A DNA stretch of 64,000 nt. It comes from Heterodontus francisci. Lineage: Eukaryota. The position numbers were made by a program, and so were the translations under genes. The notes beneath the pieces are model-generated. The model was not told where the DNA came from, ran no database searches, and worked only from the letters and a program-made list of their open reading frames with translations. This document shows positions 53,225 to 64,000 of the stretch, in pieces (the stretch's first letter is position 1; each line of letters starts with the position of its first letter). The DNA lies in assembly GCF_036365525.1 (NCBI RefSeq), contig NC_090371.1:113784388-113848387 (forward strand). Direction: 5' to 3'.

Positions 53225-54357
53225 ATCTTAGGATCGATCACCTTGAGCTGATCAGAACTGGTCCTAATATTCCCCCAAGCCCAGATTTAATGGACAGTAT
53301 TAGTGATATGCAGAATCTTTTCCACAGTTTGCTTGGAACCCTTTTCATACATGTTTTATATGTAAATGAGGTGGAGCATTCCACAAACATATATTTGTTG
53401 TCTTAAATGATCAAGCGGAAAATCAGGCATATCACATGTGGTCCCGTTCCTTCACCTCTCTGTCTGCACTACAGCTAGAACTTCCAAGCCTGATGCCAAC
53501 AGTTTGCCTGCCTACTTCCTCATATCATAGCCACACACTGCAACATACTGCTTCCTCCTCCAACCAACATCCTCTCCTCTCACCCCCAACTCCCAAGAAG
53601 AAATATATTTGGGATCCAGAAGTGCCTAGCTCAACACAGATAGCCTCTTCGACATAAAAATACAGTAAAACTAGGGAAATCTAGAGCTGCAGCCCATCTC
53701 TGGAAATGCTGAATCACAGGGCTGAATTTTATGGACTCCTAAGGACAGGAATAGAGGCAGGGGAACCCATAAAATTGTGTGGGAAGGCAAGGGGGTGGAG
53801 TGCCCGTCACCTTCCAATCTAGCCCGACTACGGCCTTCCTGCTTCAAGCCAATTGAGGTCCTTAAGTGGCCAATTAATGACCACTTAAGGGCCTCTTCCT
53901 GCCACCACCTCAATTTAATGGAAGACAGAGGTGCCCACCGTGGTGGGGAGATGCCGCCTGGTAAAACTTAGCAGCCTCCTAGCGAGGTCAGGGAGGGGTG
54001 GGGGGTGCCTCCTTTGGTGGCAATCCAGGGCCCCCAGTGGGGGCCTGCCCGGTGTCGATGGCTGCCCCAACCCAGGAACACACCCTGAACCTCACTGACA
54101 CCTTCCCCCACTGTGTCACCGGGCCTGCCTGAATGGTCCTGGCAACCCCCACCCCACTTACCTGTCCCCTCCTGGTGGCACTGCTAATACAGCAGAGCTG
54201 CCGGCCTTCTGACTGGCCAGCAGCTCTGGAGGCAGGAGCTCATCCCTTAAAGGAATGGCAGCCCGGACGGTGGGCTGTTAATTGACTGCCCGCCATTAAA
54301 TAGGACCAGGGGTCCGACCGAGGGCCAAGGCAGGGTCCCCGACACCTTAGAGGAAGC

Positions 54358-56676
54358 GAGTCATTTTCGGCACAGAAGGCCATTCAGCCCATCGAGTTCA
54401 AGCCGGCTCTTAAGAGCTATCCAGTCAGTCCCACTCCCCAGCTCGATCCCCCTAGCGGTGAAAGTTTATTTTCTTCAGGTGGTCATCCAATTTCCTTTTG
54501 AGTCACTGATTGCCTCCGCTTCCACCACCCTTGTGGTCAGCGAGTTCCAGGTCACTATCACCCACCATGTAAAAAAAAATTCTTCCTCACATTTCCCCTG
54601 CACTTCTTGCCCGAAACTTACATCTGTATCCACTAGTCCTTGTACCATTGTACCTGAGCATGTCATAATCTTGTCCACCTCTGTTAAATCTCCCCCCAAT
54701 CTCCTTTGTTCTAAGGAGAACAAACCCAGCTTTTCCAACCTAACCTTGTAACTAGAATCCTCCATCCCTGGAACCATTCTGGTAAATCTCCTCTACACCT
54801 TCTCAAGGACTCATCTTTCCTGAAGCGTGGTGACCAGAACTGGATGCAATACTCCAGTTGGGGCCAAACCAGAGCTTTATAAAGGTTCAGCATAACTTCC
54901 CTGTTGTTGTACTCAAGGCCTCTATTTATGAAGCCCAAGATCCCAGATGCTTTACTAACTACTCTCTCAATATGCCCTGCCATCTTCAAAGATGCATGCA
55001 CATACACCCCCAGGTCCCTCTGTTCCTGCATACTCTTTAGAACTGTGCCATTAAGTATATATTACCAACAGCTCTCAGGCATATCTAAAATATTAATGCA
55101 TCATCTCACACTTATCAGTATTAAGTGCAATCCGCTACGTGTCTGCCCATTCTGCCAGGCTATCCATGTCCTGTTGCAGGCGATTCATATCATCCTCACA
55201 ATTTGCCACACCTCCAAATTTGGTGTCATCAGCCAATTCTGAGATTCTACTCTGTAATCCAAAATCCAAGTCATTTATATATAGCAAAAAAAGCAATGAC
55301 CGTTGGGGAACACCACTGTTTACCATCCTCTAGTCTGAAAAGCAACCATTTACGACAGCTTGCTGTTTTCTGTCCTTAAGCTGATTTTTTAAAATCCAAT
55401 TGGACACTGATCCTCCTAATCCAGGAGCCTCAAGTTTCCTTAACCAGCGTTTTATGTGGTATCTTATCAAACACATTCTTAAAATCCATATATACATCAC
55501 ATTCCCTTCATCAACCTTCTCTATTACTTCATCAAAGAAATTCAATTTGATTAGTCAAGCATGATCTCCCTTTTACAAATCCATGCTGGCTCTCCTTAAT
55601 TAATCCAAATCTCTCCAAGTGTGTGTTGATATTTTCCCTGATTGTTTCTAAAACCTTACCCACCACTGATGTTAACTAACTGGTCTATAGTTGCTAGGAC
55701 TGTCCTTACACCCTTTCTTGATTAAGGATGTCACATTTGTCACTCTCCAATCCTCTGGCATCTCTCCCGTATCCAGGGAAGACTGGAAGATTATGGCAAA
55801 CCCTTCTGCTCTCTCCACCCTCACTTCCTTTAGCAACCAGGGATGTAAGCCATCTGGACCAGATGACATATCTACCCTAAGCATAGCCAGCCTTTTTAGT
55901 ACCATCCCCTCTAAAATTTTACCCTATACATTAAAGCCCTGCTACCTGACCCAAACCCAAAGGGACCCTACGACATGTGTCGGGTTCGGGTCGGGCCCAT
56001 CTTCCGGGTCCGGCTTTCGGGCTTGGGTCAGGTCGGGCCAGACACACACGGTAGGTGTTCTGCTGGTAAGTATTAAAAATAAAAAACTTAGCTGAGCTGG
56101 GAGTCCAGGACGAAACGAAGTCTGCGCAGTGAGCGAGTGGCGTCACTATGACGTCATCACGCATGCGCTGCAGTTTCGTGCAGCTTCCCTGTCGGAAGGT
56201 AAGTAAACGGATGTCGGGTCAGGGTAGAGTGGGGTCGGGCTTGGGCTTGGGGCGAAACTGGAGGGTCTCGTGTTGGGTCCACTGTGTATCGGTTGGGTTC
56301 GGGTCGGGTTCTTTTTCCTGTCCTGAGCAGGCCTTTACTATACATTGCATCTAATCTCTCTGCTTCTACCAATATTGTGTCAGATTCCAATTCCTGAAGG
56401 AGTACTTTGTATTAGTGTTCACTAAGTATATTAGCCTTGCCTCTAAGCACATATTATCCTCAATGTCTGTTACAGGTTCCTCTCCTCCTTTTACTACCTG
56501 CTTACTATTTACATGCCGGTAGAAGATCTCTGGGTTGCCTTTTATGTTGACTGCCATTCTATTCTCATGTTCTCTCTTTGCCAGTCTTCTTTTTCTCTTC
56601 ACCTCCTTTCCCAACTTTTTGTATATGGCCTGGTTCTCACTTGAAGAATTCACCTGACATGCATCATACACTCTCT
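54358..56676 (-). mobile_element. CR1 LINE fragment (sister of 9266-13341)
   Basis: NYRPVS, LADDTKFGG and QLEYCIQFWSP. 3' end colinear with 9266-9819. Confidence 0.9.
55932..56337. mobile_element. hAT MITE (406 bp)
   Basis: TIRs TAAAGCCCTGCT / AGCAGGCCTTTA (11/12). Perfect 8-bp TSD CTATACAT (55924-55931 / 56338-56345). Many subterminal TCGGG repeats. Confidence 0.93.
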
Positions 56677-57340
56677 TCCGGCCTGCTATCGCCAGAATAA
56701 AATCCAGCCCACAGTATCTAACTTGCTTAAAATAAAGTACATTATACTTGAACATTGTTTTCTTTCCTTTCATGCTCCTTGTAAAAAAACTCAATGGCTG
56801 ATGTTTTAGTCTATTCTACATCCAAGAATTTACATTTTATGATATTTAGTTACCCTCTTTAGTGTTCTTTAATTGCTTTAAATACAAATATCTATTTTTT
56901 CTATTATTCCTTAAAAAAATTGTAATTCCAATTTTAATGTTTTAAATACACGAACTTATTTTATAGGGTTTATTTTCTTTTACTGTTCAAAAATTAGACC
57001 TACTTTCATTCTCATTCTTCAGCTAATACAAGCATACTATAGGTATAATTTTTTTAAATTAAACTTCACACCTACCAACCAACATTTAATACTCTATTCC
57101 TATTAGTTCATTAAATATTTCAAGTTCAATTAATTTCTTTGCTCTATCTTTTTCCTCCAACCTCCAGTCAGCAGGTAACAAGAAATCTAGTGGTATCTGT
57201 AATATATTAAGATTTGTTCATAGTCCACAAGAGTCATACTTACTTCCTGTAATGCTTTTCCATTGTTGATAAAACTATCAATCCCCTCACCACCATGGAG
57301 TAGCACCATGTTACTATACAATTACTCGATCACCCATGAC

Positions 57341-57894
57341 ATTTCATGCAAGGGAGTAGAAATTCCTCGGGACCTGGTAAGAGCCAGGGGATGGACAGAG
57401 AGCGAGACCGAGAGCGAGACCGAGAGCAAGAGCAGACAGTCAGGAGGTAGGCAGGCAACAGCTCTCAGGCATATCTAAAATATTAATTTGTATGTATATA
57501 TTAAACACATTCACATAGAGACACTTAATATTTTTGTTTTTTTCTTCTGGCTTTATGGAGCAGATGGAAGCATGTTTCACGTATTATGATACAGAATTAA
57601 TATACTCTTGTTGAGTTGTTCTTTTGAATTAAAACTGATTTATCAATTTCAGAAAGCAAATCCTCAAACCAAAAATAAATTGGTTTCATATTACTGGCTT
57701 CAACTGTGTTCTACCGAGTAGGATAGTTTTTCATTATTCACTAATGAGTTATGAAAAGAAACTGTGATTCTGCAAGAATTTCATGCAAGGGAGTAGAAAT
57801 TCCTCGGGACCTGGTAAGAGCCAGGGGATGGACAGAGAGCGAGACCGAGAGCGAGACCGAGAGCAAGAGCAGACAGTCAGGAGGTAGGCAGGCA
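57341..57894 (+). repeat. Exact 117-bp direct repeat (57341-57457 = 57778-57894)
   Basis: Base-by-base identical by eye, offset 437 bp. Confidence 0.97.
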
Positions 57895-57908
57895 CAGTTC
57901 TGCAACAT

Positions 57909-58266
57909 GGGCGGCACAGTGGCGCAGTGGTTAGCACCGCAGCCTCACAGCTCCAGGGACCCGGGTTCGATTCCAGGTACTGCCTGTGTGGAGTTTGCAA
58001 GTTCTCCCTGTGTCTGCGTGGGTTTTCTCCGGGTGCTCCGGTTTCCTCCCACAAGCCAAAAGACTTGCAGGTTGATAGGTAAATTGGCCATTATAAATTG
58101 TCACTAGTATAGGTAGGTGGTAGGGAAATATAGGGATAGGTGGGGATGTTTGTTGGGAATATGGGATTAGTGTAGGATTAGAAGAAAATGGGTGGTTGAT
58201 GTTCGGCACAGACTCGGTGGGCCGAAGGGTTCTGTTTCAGTGCTGTATATCTAATCTAATCTAATC
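57909..58266 (+). mobile_element. tRNA-derived SINE (HE1/V-SINE-like), young, with intact Pol III boxes
   Basis: A box TGGCGCAGTGG (57920-57930), B box GGTTCGATTCC (57964-57974), CR1 tail and (CTAAT)n end. Confidence 0.95.
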
Positions 58267-59030
58267 AAGAATGCATTTTTCTGATTACACATTTTAGGCT
58301 TCTTCACTTTTGGTTGATATTTGACTATTCCGATGATATTCGGATGAATGGGAAAGTACTGATCACAAATGCTAAGACGACATTAATCAAATCAAACCAA
58401 TGTGCGGTACTCATTATTTGTTTGTCTGTCTCAAAGAAAGAAATAAAACTACAAAATCATAAAGAAGAGTGACATTTTAGTTTTAGGTGGTGAAGTAGCT
58501 GAGCTTGAAGAAAAAACAATATCCTTGCACCTGACAGCTCAAATCTTGCAAATCTCATTGAAACAAAGTAAGCTTTATTTTGCATGGGTCTGTGGCAGAT
58601 GTTGTTATTAAATATGTAATCTCTATCGATTAATATTGCACATTAATACTGATGCTGATTGATTAGAGCACTGTACCTTTAAATGAATGCATCTAAAGAT
58701 CCAGGTAATTACAGAGCTGCTCTTTATACTTGCCAATGATGTTAGAAACAATTCAGTTGCAAGATGGACAAGATTACCTCAAATTTGTAGTGAATTTTGT
58801 ATTTCAGAAACTTATTAGGCATCAATGGCCTGAAATATTAATACATAGCACAGAAATACAAGAGGTATAAAGCACAACTGCCAAGGATCATCAATGAAAG
58901 TTTGGAGCTATGATTCTAATTAGCAAACATCAGGGTGGTCAATCCATGGTAAACATTCAAATAGAGAGTAGACAAAATGCGAAACAATTTAAATGTAACT
59001 TTATTTATAATGATGGTTAAAAGCACTTAC

Positions 59031-59254
59031 CTCCATAACTTTCGTTGGTTCCCTTCTTCAGTACAGAACATCAAGGCATGCCTTATTAAGACACTACGTA
59101 GGACTGTTGAATGGCAATAAGCAGTGCAGCGTGCCAATTTTTGATGAGGACAGCCCCCACTAGAACAGCCTGCACTGATTTCACTTAGAATACTAATAGT
59201 CATTGAGGATAGTTCATCCCATTTGTCTGGGTTGAATGAATTCAGAGCCATGTC
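59031..59254 (-). CDS. Internal coding exon of an unidentified host gene (224 bp, phase 0 to 2)
   Basis: Acceptor ttttaaccttcag|GAC and donor GAG|gtaagt. Only one open frame: DMALNSFNPDKWDELSSMTISILSEISAGCSSGGCPHQKLARCTAYCHSTVLRSVLIRHALMFCTEEGNQRKLW. Lies in repeat-poor sequence. Confidence 0.75.
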
Positions 59255-60443
59255 CTGAAGGTTAAAAGCCTACAATATACTTCATTAAAACTCAGACCAT
59301 GATTTGAAATGCAGAGAATTAACACTCAACATGTGATCATAGTTTGTGTACAACAAATAAATGATGTGTTATACTAATAGAAACACTACTCCTTGTTATC
59401 AGACAAAGCAAGCAAAGCAAAAACATCCATTCTAAGTTATGCCTGCTTCAAGATCCTGTCATGCAGCATTAGAGGCTATTGTAATTGCACAATGCTATAC
59501 TATGACTGTGTCCTTTATCCATTTGATTCTTACAATTTGAACTTTTGTTCAGTGCTTTGGCCACTTGTAAATATCAGTGGCTTCAGGGAAAATATAGCCA
59601 TTGTTCAATCAAATGATTTCCCTTAGAAATGATCTTTAAAAGTAAAAATATGATTTGATTGATTAAAGAAAAAAGGTTTAATCTACCTGCTTCACAGTAT
59701 TTCACAAGGTAATGCAATAAAACAATATTTTAGTTCTTAATTGTGCACAAATATTTAAAATTACTTGATATCTATCAGATAAAAGGATTTTGAATTGACA
59801 GATTATTTTGCAGCTTATATGGATTGTCTCCAGAGAATTCAATGTCTACCGACATTGTCAAGTTTGTTCAGTTCATGGCTACTGAACAGAGGCCACCTCA
59901 GCTTCGAAAAGCAATCTTGAAACCTTTGATCTATTGTCTACTTTGAGACAACCTTCTCTCAAAGCAAACAGAGTTAATATTGATGCTATCATCGTCGTGC
60001 TTTATCAATGAAGAGCATGAAGTGCTTCTGACATCCTTCTTTAGTCTTTTTAAATGTTCACTAGGCTAATGCACAGCATTTCCCCAGCATGGCTAAAATG
60101 TCTAGACTGATGTGATCACGTTATAAATTGTAAGAGAAATCTGACAGCTTGGCAAATTATTTCCACAGGCTTATGTCAAACCAACGATCAGTGCAATGCA
60201 AACACAACAAATTAGCTTTTGGTTTAAAGATTTCATGATAGACTCCCACGCAATACATAATGTGAAAAAGATGCAGATCTTCTAGTTACAGCACAGAAAA
60301 TTATACAAAGTAAAAAATATCAAAATTTTTCATGCTATTCCAAGGTACTTGACTGGCAATGCATTCATAGTAATTTATTAACCAATGCAACAAATTAAAA
60401 CACCTTTGTCTATGAATCAAAACTAATGCACCAAAAAACTTAC

Positions 60444-60483
60444 CAAATTTGCTCCTTTTTTAATAGTACCTAGTGAAGTACAA
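60444..60483 (-). CDS. Candidate 40-bp micro-exon upstream of the 224-bp exon
   Basis: ctcataactctgcag|TTGTAC...AATTTG|gtaagt. The reading CTSLGTIKKGANL ends in phase 0, compatible with the next exon. Confidence 0.4.
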
Positions 60484-61889
60484 CTGCAGAGTTATGAGAA
60501 CTATGCTTTAAAATAAAAAAAAGCCTGAACGTTGAATAATCACCATGACATCGCCCTCTATTTGTGCGGACAGGGAAAATATAGCTAATTGAAGCAATTT
60601 GAGCAGTGACCCTAAAATGTACATTACTCTCCTTTAAATTCATTTAATTTAAACAAAAAAAGGGAGAGGATCAAAGGAAAGACAAATATTACGATATCAT
60701 GTATCCACTATGCAAAACCATTGTTCTGTAAGACATCAATAACTCTTACCCCCTAGGCAGAGCAGATACTTACTAACCAATGTAAGCAAGTTTGTTAAAT
60801 TTTGTGAAAGATGCAAACATTTCTAAGATGAGAATCGTAGTGTGCCAATCCCTGGCTTCCCAATTTCTAAATTGAAAAAAACTACAAATTAACTGGAAAA
60901 CTTTTTAACAAAAAAATTATGTATTTTTCAGACTATAAAAAGTAGTCAAAGTAATTGTGAGCCAACGACCACTACACAGGCATATTAATTCAATATTACT
61001 TTCACCTTCTATGTTTGTAGTTATCTAAATATTGCCAGTTGCTTCAATATTAAAATATCTATATTAATAACTATTCTAAGCTGTATTTTGAAATCAGCCT
61101 GTATTTGCATGTACTGTAAAACCCAGTGTGCAGGTCATATCTCTTGTTTATAGAGGGCTATAGTAGAATCAAACAAGATTGCCTTAGTGTGCAAATCAAA
61201 GACTTCACCTTGCAGGGTGTAAAATAATCTGCATAAAGATTGGGTGTATATACTGGATTTTAGGTAAATAACAGTATGTTATAAATAGATTCTGTGCCTT
61301 GGTCTGGGATGACGAAAATCATAGCCAACTGTCCTGGTCACTATCTAACAATCCTTGCTGTAAATGGGTGTGTGTAGACATCAAATGAGAACAGGAAAAA
61401 AGGCTTGGCGATGTTGCCCCCACAGCCGGATAGTACTGTCACGGTCCATACATGAATATGGCCATTTGGCAAAGTGGAGCTACTGCCTATGGAGCTTCAC
61501 GCCAGAAGGGAGATCAGAGGGAAGAGAACTGATGATGCGTAAAGAAAACAGATGTTGACTTAATCTACACACTGATCCAAAGTATTTTGAATTCTGAAAT
61601 CATTCACACAAATACGTTAACACTATTCCCAAATTTTATAACTAATGATTTGCGCCACTAGAAATAATCGAAGAAAGAGTCATCTCTACAGTTTAATTAC
61701 AGAACTCAGTTTGAATCAGTAGCTCTACGTTAAAAGTAATGCACAAAGCTTTTGCTTCAATTTTTTTCTTTACAAGATTTTGTATAGTGAATGCATTCAT
61801 TAGGTAAATAGATACAAATATACTTTTGGACTAAACATATGGCATCATTTCCAAATAACTTTCAAGAAATTACCTTAATTATAATGCTT

Positions 61890-62910
61890 GTATTAAGTCT
61901 ATAATTAAGAATAGTGTGACAGAAAACCATAAAAATTTCAGCTGATCTGAGCAAGCCAGTGTTGGTTTGTAAAGGGTAGGTCATGCCTGGTGAATCTGGT
62001 TGAAGTTTTTACAGAGGTGACTAAAGTAGCGAGCAGGGGAATGCCTATGAATGTTATTTATATGGACTTCCAGAGGGCATTTGATAAAGTCCCTTATAAG
62101 GGACTGTTAGCTAAAGTTGAAGCTCATCGAATTGAAGGCAAATTATTGACCGGTTTAGGAAATTGGCTGAGCGACAGAAGACAGAGAACAGAAGACAGGG
62201 ATTATAGGCAGGTTCTAATTGGCAGAAAGTGACTAGCAGTGTCCCTCAAAGATTTGTGTTGGGGCCTCAATTACTCTCCGTATTTATTAACGGCTGAGAT
62301 GATGGGATAGAAAGCCATATATCCAAATTTTCTGATGACACAAAAATAGGCTGCCATGGAAGCCTAACACTTCAAAGCAATATTGATAGATTAAGTGAAG
62401 GGGAAAAACTGTGGCAAATGGATTTCAATGTAGGCAAATATGAGGCCATCCACTTTGGACCTAAAAAGGATAGTACAGGGTACTTTCAAAATGGTGAAAA
62501 GCTAGAAACATGGAGATCCAAAGTGACTTGGGGGTCCAGGTACATAGACAATCAAAATGCCAGGAACAAGTACAGAAAATAAATCAAAAGGCAAATGGAA
62601 TGCTGGCCTTTATATCGACAGCACCAGAATACAAAGGGGGTAGAAGACATGCTTCAGCTATACAAAGCCCTGGTTAGACTACACTTGGAGTACTGTGAGC
62701 AGTTCCAGGCACACCACCTGAGGAAGGATATATTGATATTGGAGGGAGTGCAGCATAAATTTAGAACCAGGGGACATAGTCTCAGAATAAGGACTGAGAT
62801 AAGGAGGAATTTCTTCACTCAATTGTGGAGGCACTGGCCATAATTTTCCAGTCTTCCTTAGACTCAAGTGTGGTGCCAGAGGACTGGAGAATTCCAAATG
62901 TTACACCCAG
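61890..62910 (+). mobile_element. Old degraded CR1 RT fragments
   Basis: IYMDFQRAFDKVP, SKFSDDTKIG and HLEYCEQF. Confidence 0.85.
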
Positions 62911-63594
62911 TCTGGCCTACATGTAACTCCAGACCCACAGCAATGTGGTTGACTCTCTGATACAGAGATGTATCATCCGCTGTATTGGTAAAGGCTCCTG
63001 CGTAGTTGTCCAGGATCCGCACCTCAAAGGCCCAGCAGGCCGTTTTTCTATGCAAATAGAGGATCTAAGGCATGTTTCAGGCCCCCTTTTCAAAATTTGC
63101 TCTGGTACATGCTACGGTCAATATCTTCAAATGCTTGACAGCCAAACCAGCATTTGCTAAAAAGGTTAAGTTGTAACTTTTTTTTAAAAACTAATTTTAT
63201 TGTGGATCCAGGTGAAGCACGATGGTCCAAGTGGCTCCACATTAAATTTGCGACTGCTTCCAGCCACTGCTCACCTCACACTTGATGACACATCCCCACC
63301 TGCTAGATTCTCCTTACCAGCTGCACGCTGGCCGACCTTCATGTTTCTTGGTATCAGCGATCTGCCTCTGGGGCTATAACTGGCCTACTGCTCACCACTA
63401 AATAAACAAATGAGGTCAGTGGACCAATATTCCACTTTTCTGTCACTGATCTTATAAGCCACATGGAACATGTGCTATCTTGGAAACGCACCTCGATTCA
63501 GATGCAAATCAATTGCTAGGCCTGTACGTTCTTGTAATTAGAGGTGAGAAAATTATTTTGTGAACTGTATTTTATTGATAGTTACCATCCATAT

Positions 63595-64000
63595 GGATAT
63601 AATAAATGGGAGCAGTAGACCATTTCAGTCCCTCGATCCTGCTCAGCTATTCAATACGATCATGACTGGTCTTCTACCTCAACTCCACTCTCCTCCCTGC
63701 TACTCATATTCCTCGATTTCCTGAGAGATCAAAATTCTGACTATCTTAGCCCTGAATATATTCAACAATGGAGCATCCACAACCCTCTGGGGCAGAGAAT
63801 TCCAAAGATTCACAACCCTCTCAGTGAAGTAACTTTTCTTCATCTCAGTCCTAATTGATTGACCCCTTCTCCTGAGACTGTTTCCGTGTTGCAGATTCCC
63901 CAGCCAAGGAAAACAACCTCTCAATGTCTACCCTATCCAGCTCCTTCAGAATTTTGTATGTTTCAATGAGATTACTTCTCATTCTTCTGAACTCCAGAGA
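63595..64000 (-). mobile_element. CR1 3' end (runs off the window)
   Basis: Translates to YFTERVVNLWNSLPQRVV. Tail-like sequence lies near 63600-63700. Confidence 0.85.

Larger units (their letters stand above)
53719..56710. mobile_element. Harbinger-type MITE (53719-~54350 + ~56678-56710), split by a CR1
   Basis: TIRs GGGCTGAATTTTA / TAAAATCCAGCCC (12/13). 3-bp TSD ACA (53716-53718 / 56711-56713). Confidence 0.8.

Noticed and set aside
58487-58567. 81-bp plus-strand exon-like segment (ttttag|GT...AAA|gtaagc; GEVAELEEKTISLHLTAQILQISLKQ)
   Set aside because: Weak pyrimidine tract, opposite strand to the better-supported exon, and no recognisable protein.
61285-61550. Possible ancient SINE-like repeat
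   Set aside because: Only a vague resemblance; no Pol III boxes, tail, TSD or second copy in the window.
1005-63924. Many 60-200 aa ORFs in the six-frame track
   Set aside because: Nearly all are antisense or alternative-frame shadows of LINE/LTR sequence, or chance ORFs in non-coding DNA.

Overview
Repeat-dense vertebrate genomic DNA, inferred to be cartilaginous fish (shark-like) from its HE1/V-SINE-like SINEs, esterase-bearing CR1 LINEs, L2 and Penelope-like elements. Most of the window is transposon-derived. The central ~36 kb (about 15.7-52.1 kb) reads as one nested stack. A decayed PIF/Harbinger DNA transposon contains a Gmr1-like Gypsy LTR retrotransposon. The Gypsy 5' LTR contains a GalEa-like Ty1/Copia element, which contains a full-length CR1, which contains a younger CR1. 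The window also holds solo LTRs with TSDs, Penelope fragments with minimal hammerhead ribozymes, and hAT and Harbinger MITEs. One convincing minus-strand exon of an unidentified host gene lies at 59031-59254, with a candidate micro-exon upstream. The least expected signal is three short local templated copies (32, ~70 and 117 bp) at retroelement sites. Two of them sit at nearly the same position of two sister CR1 copies. No intact autonomous element or complete gene is present. All alignments were done by eye, and I found no clearly new biological system.
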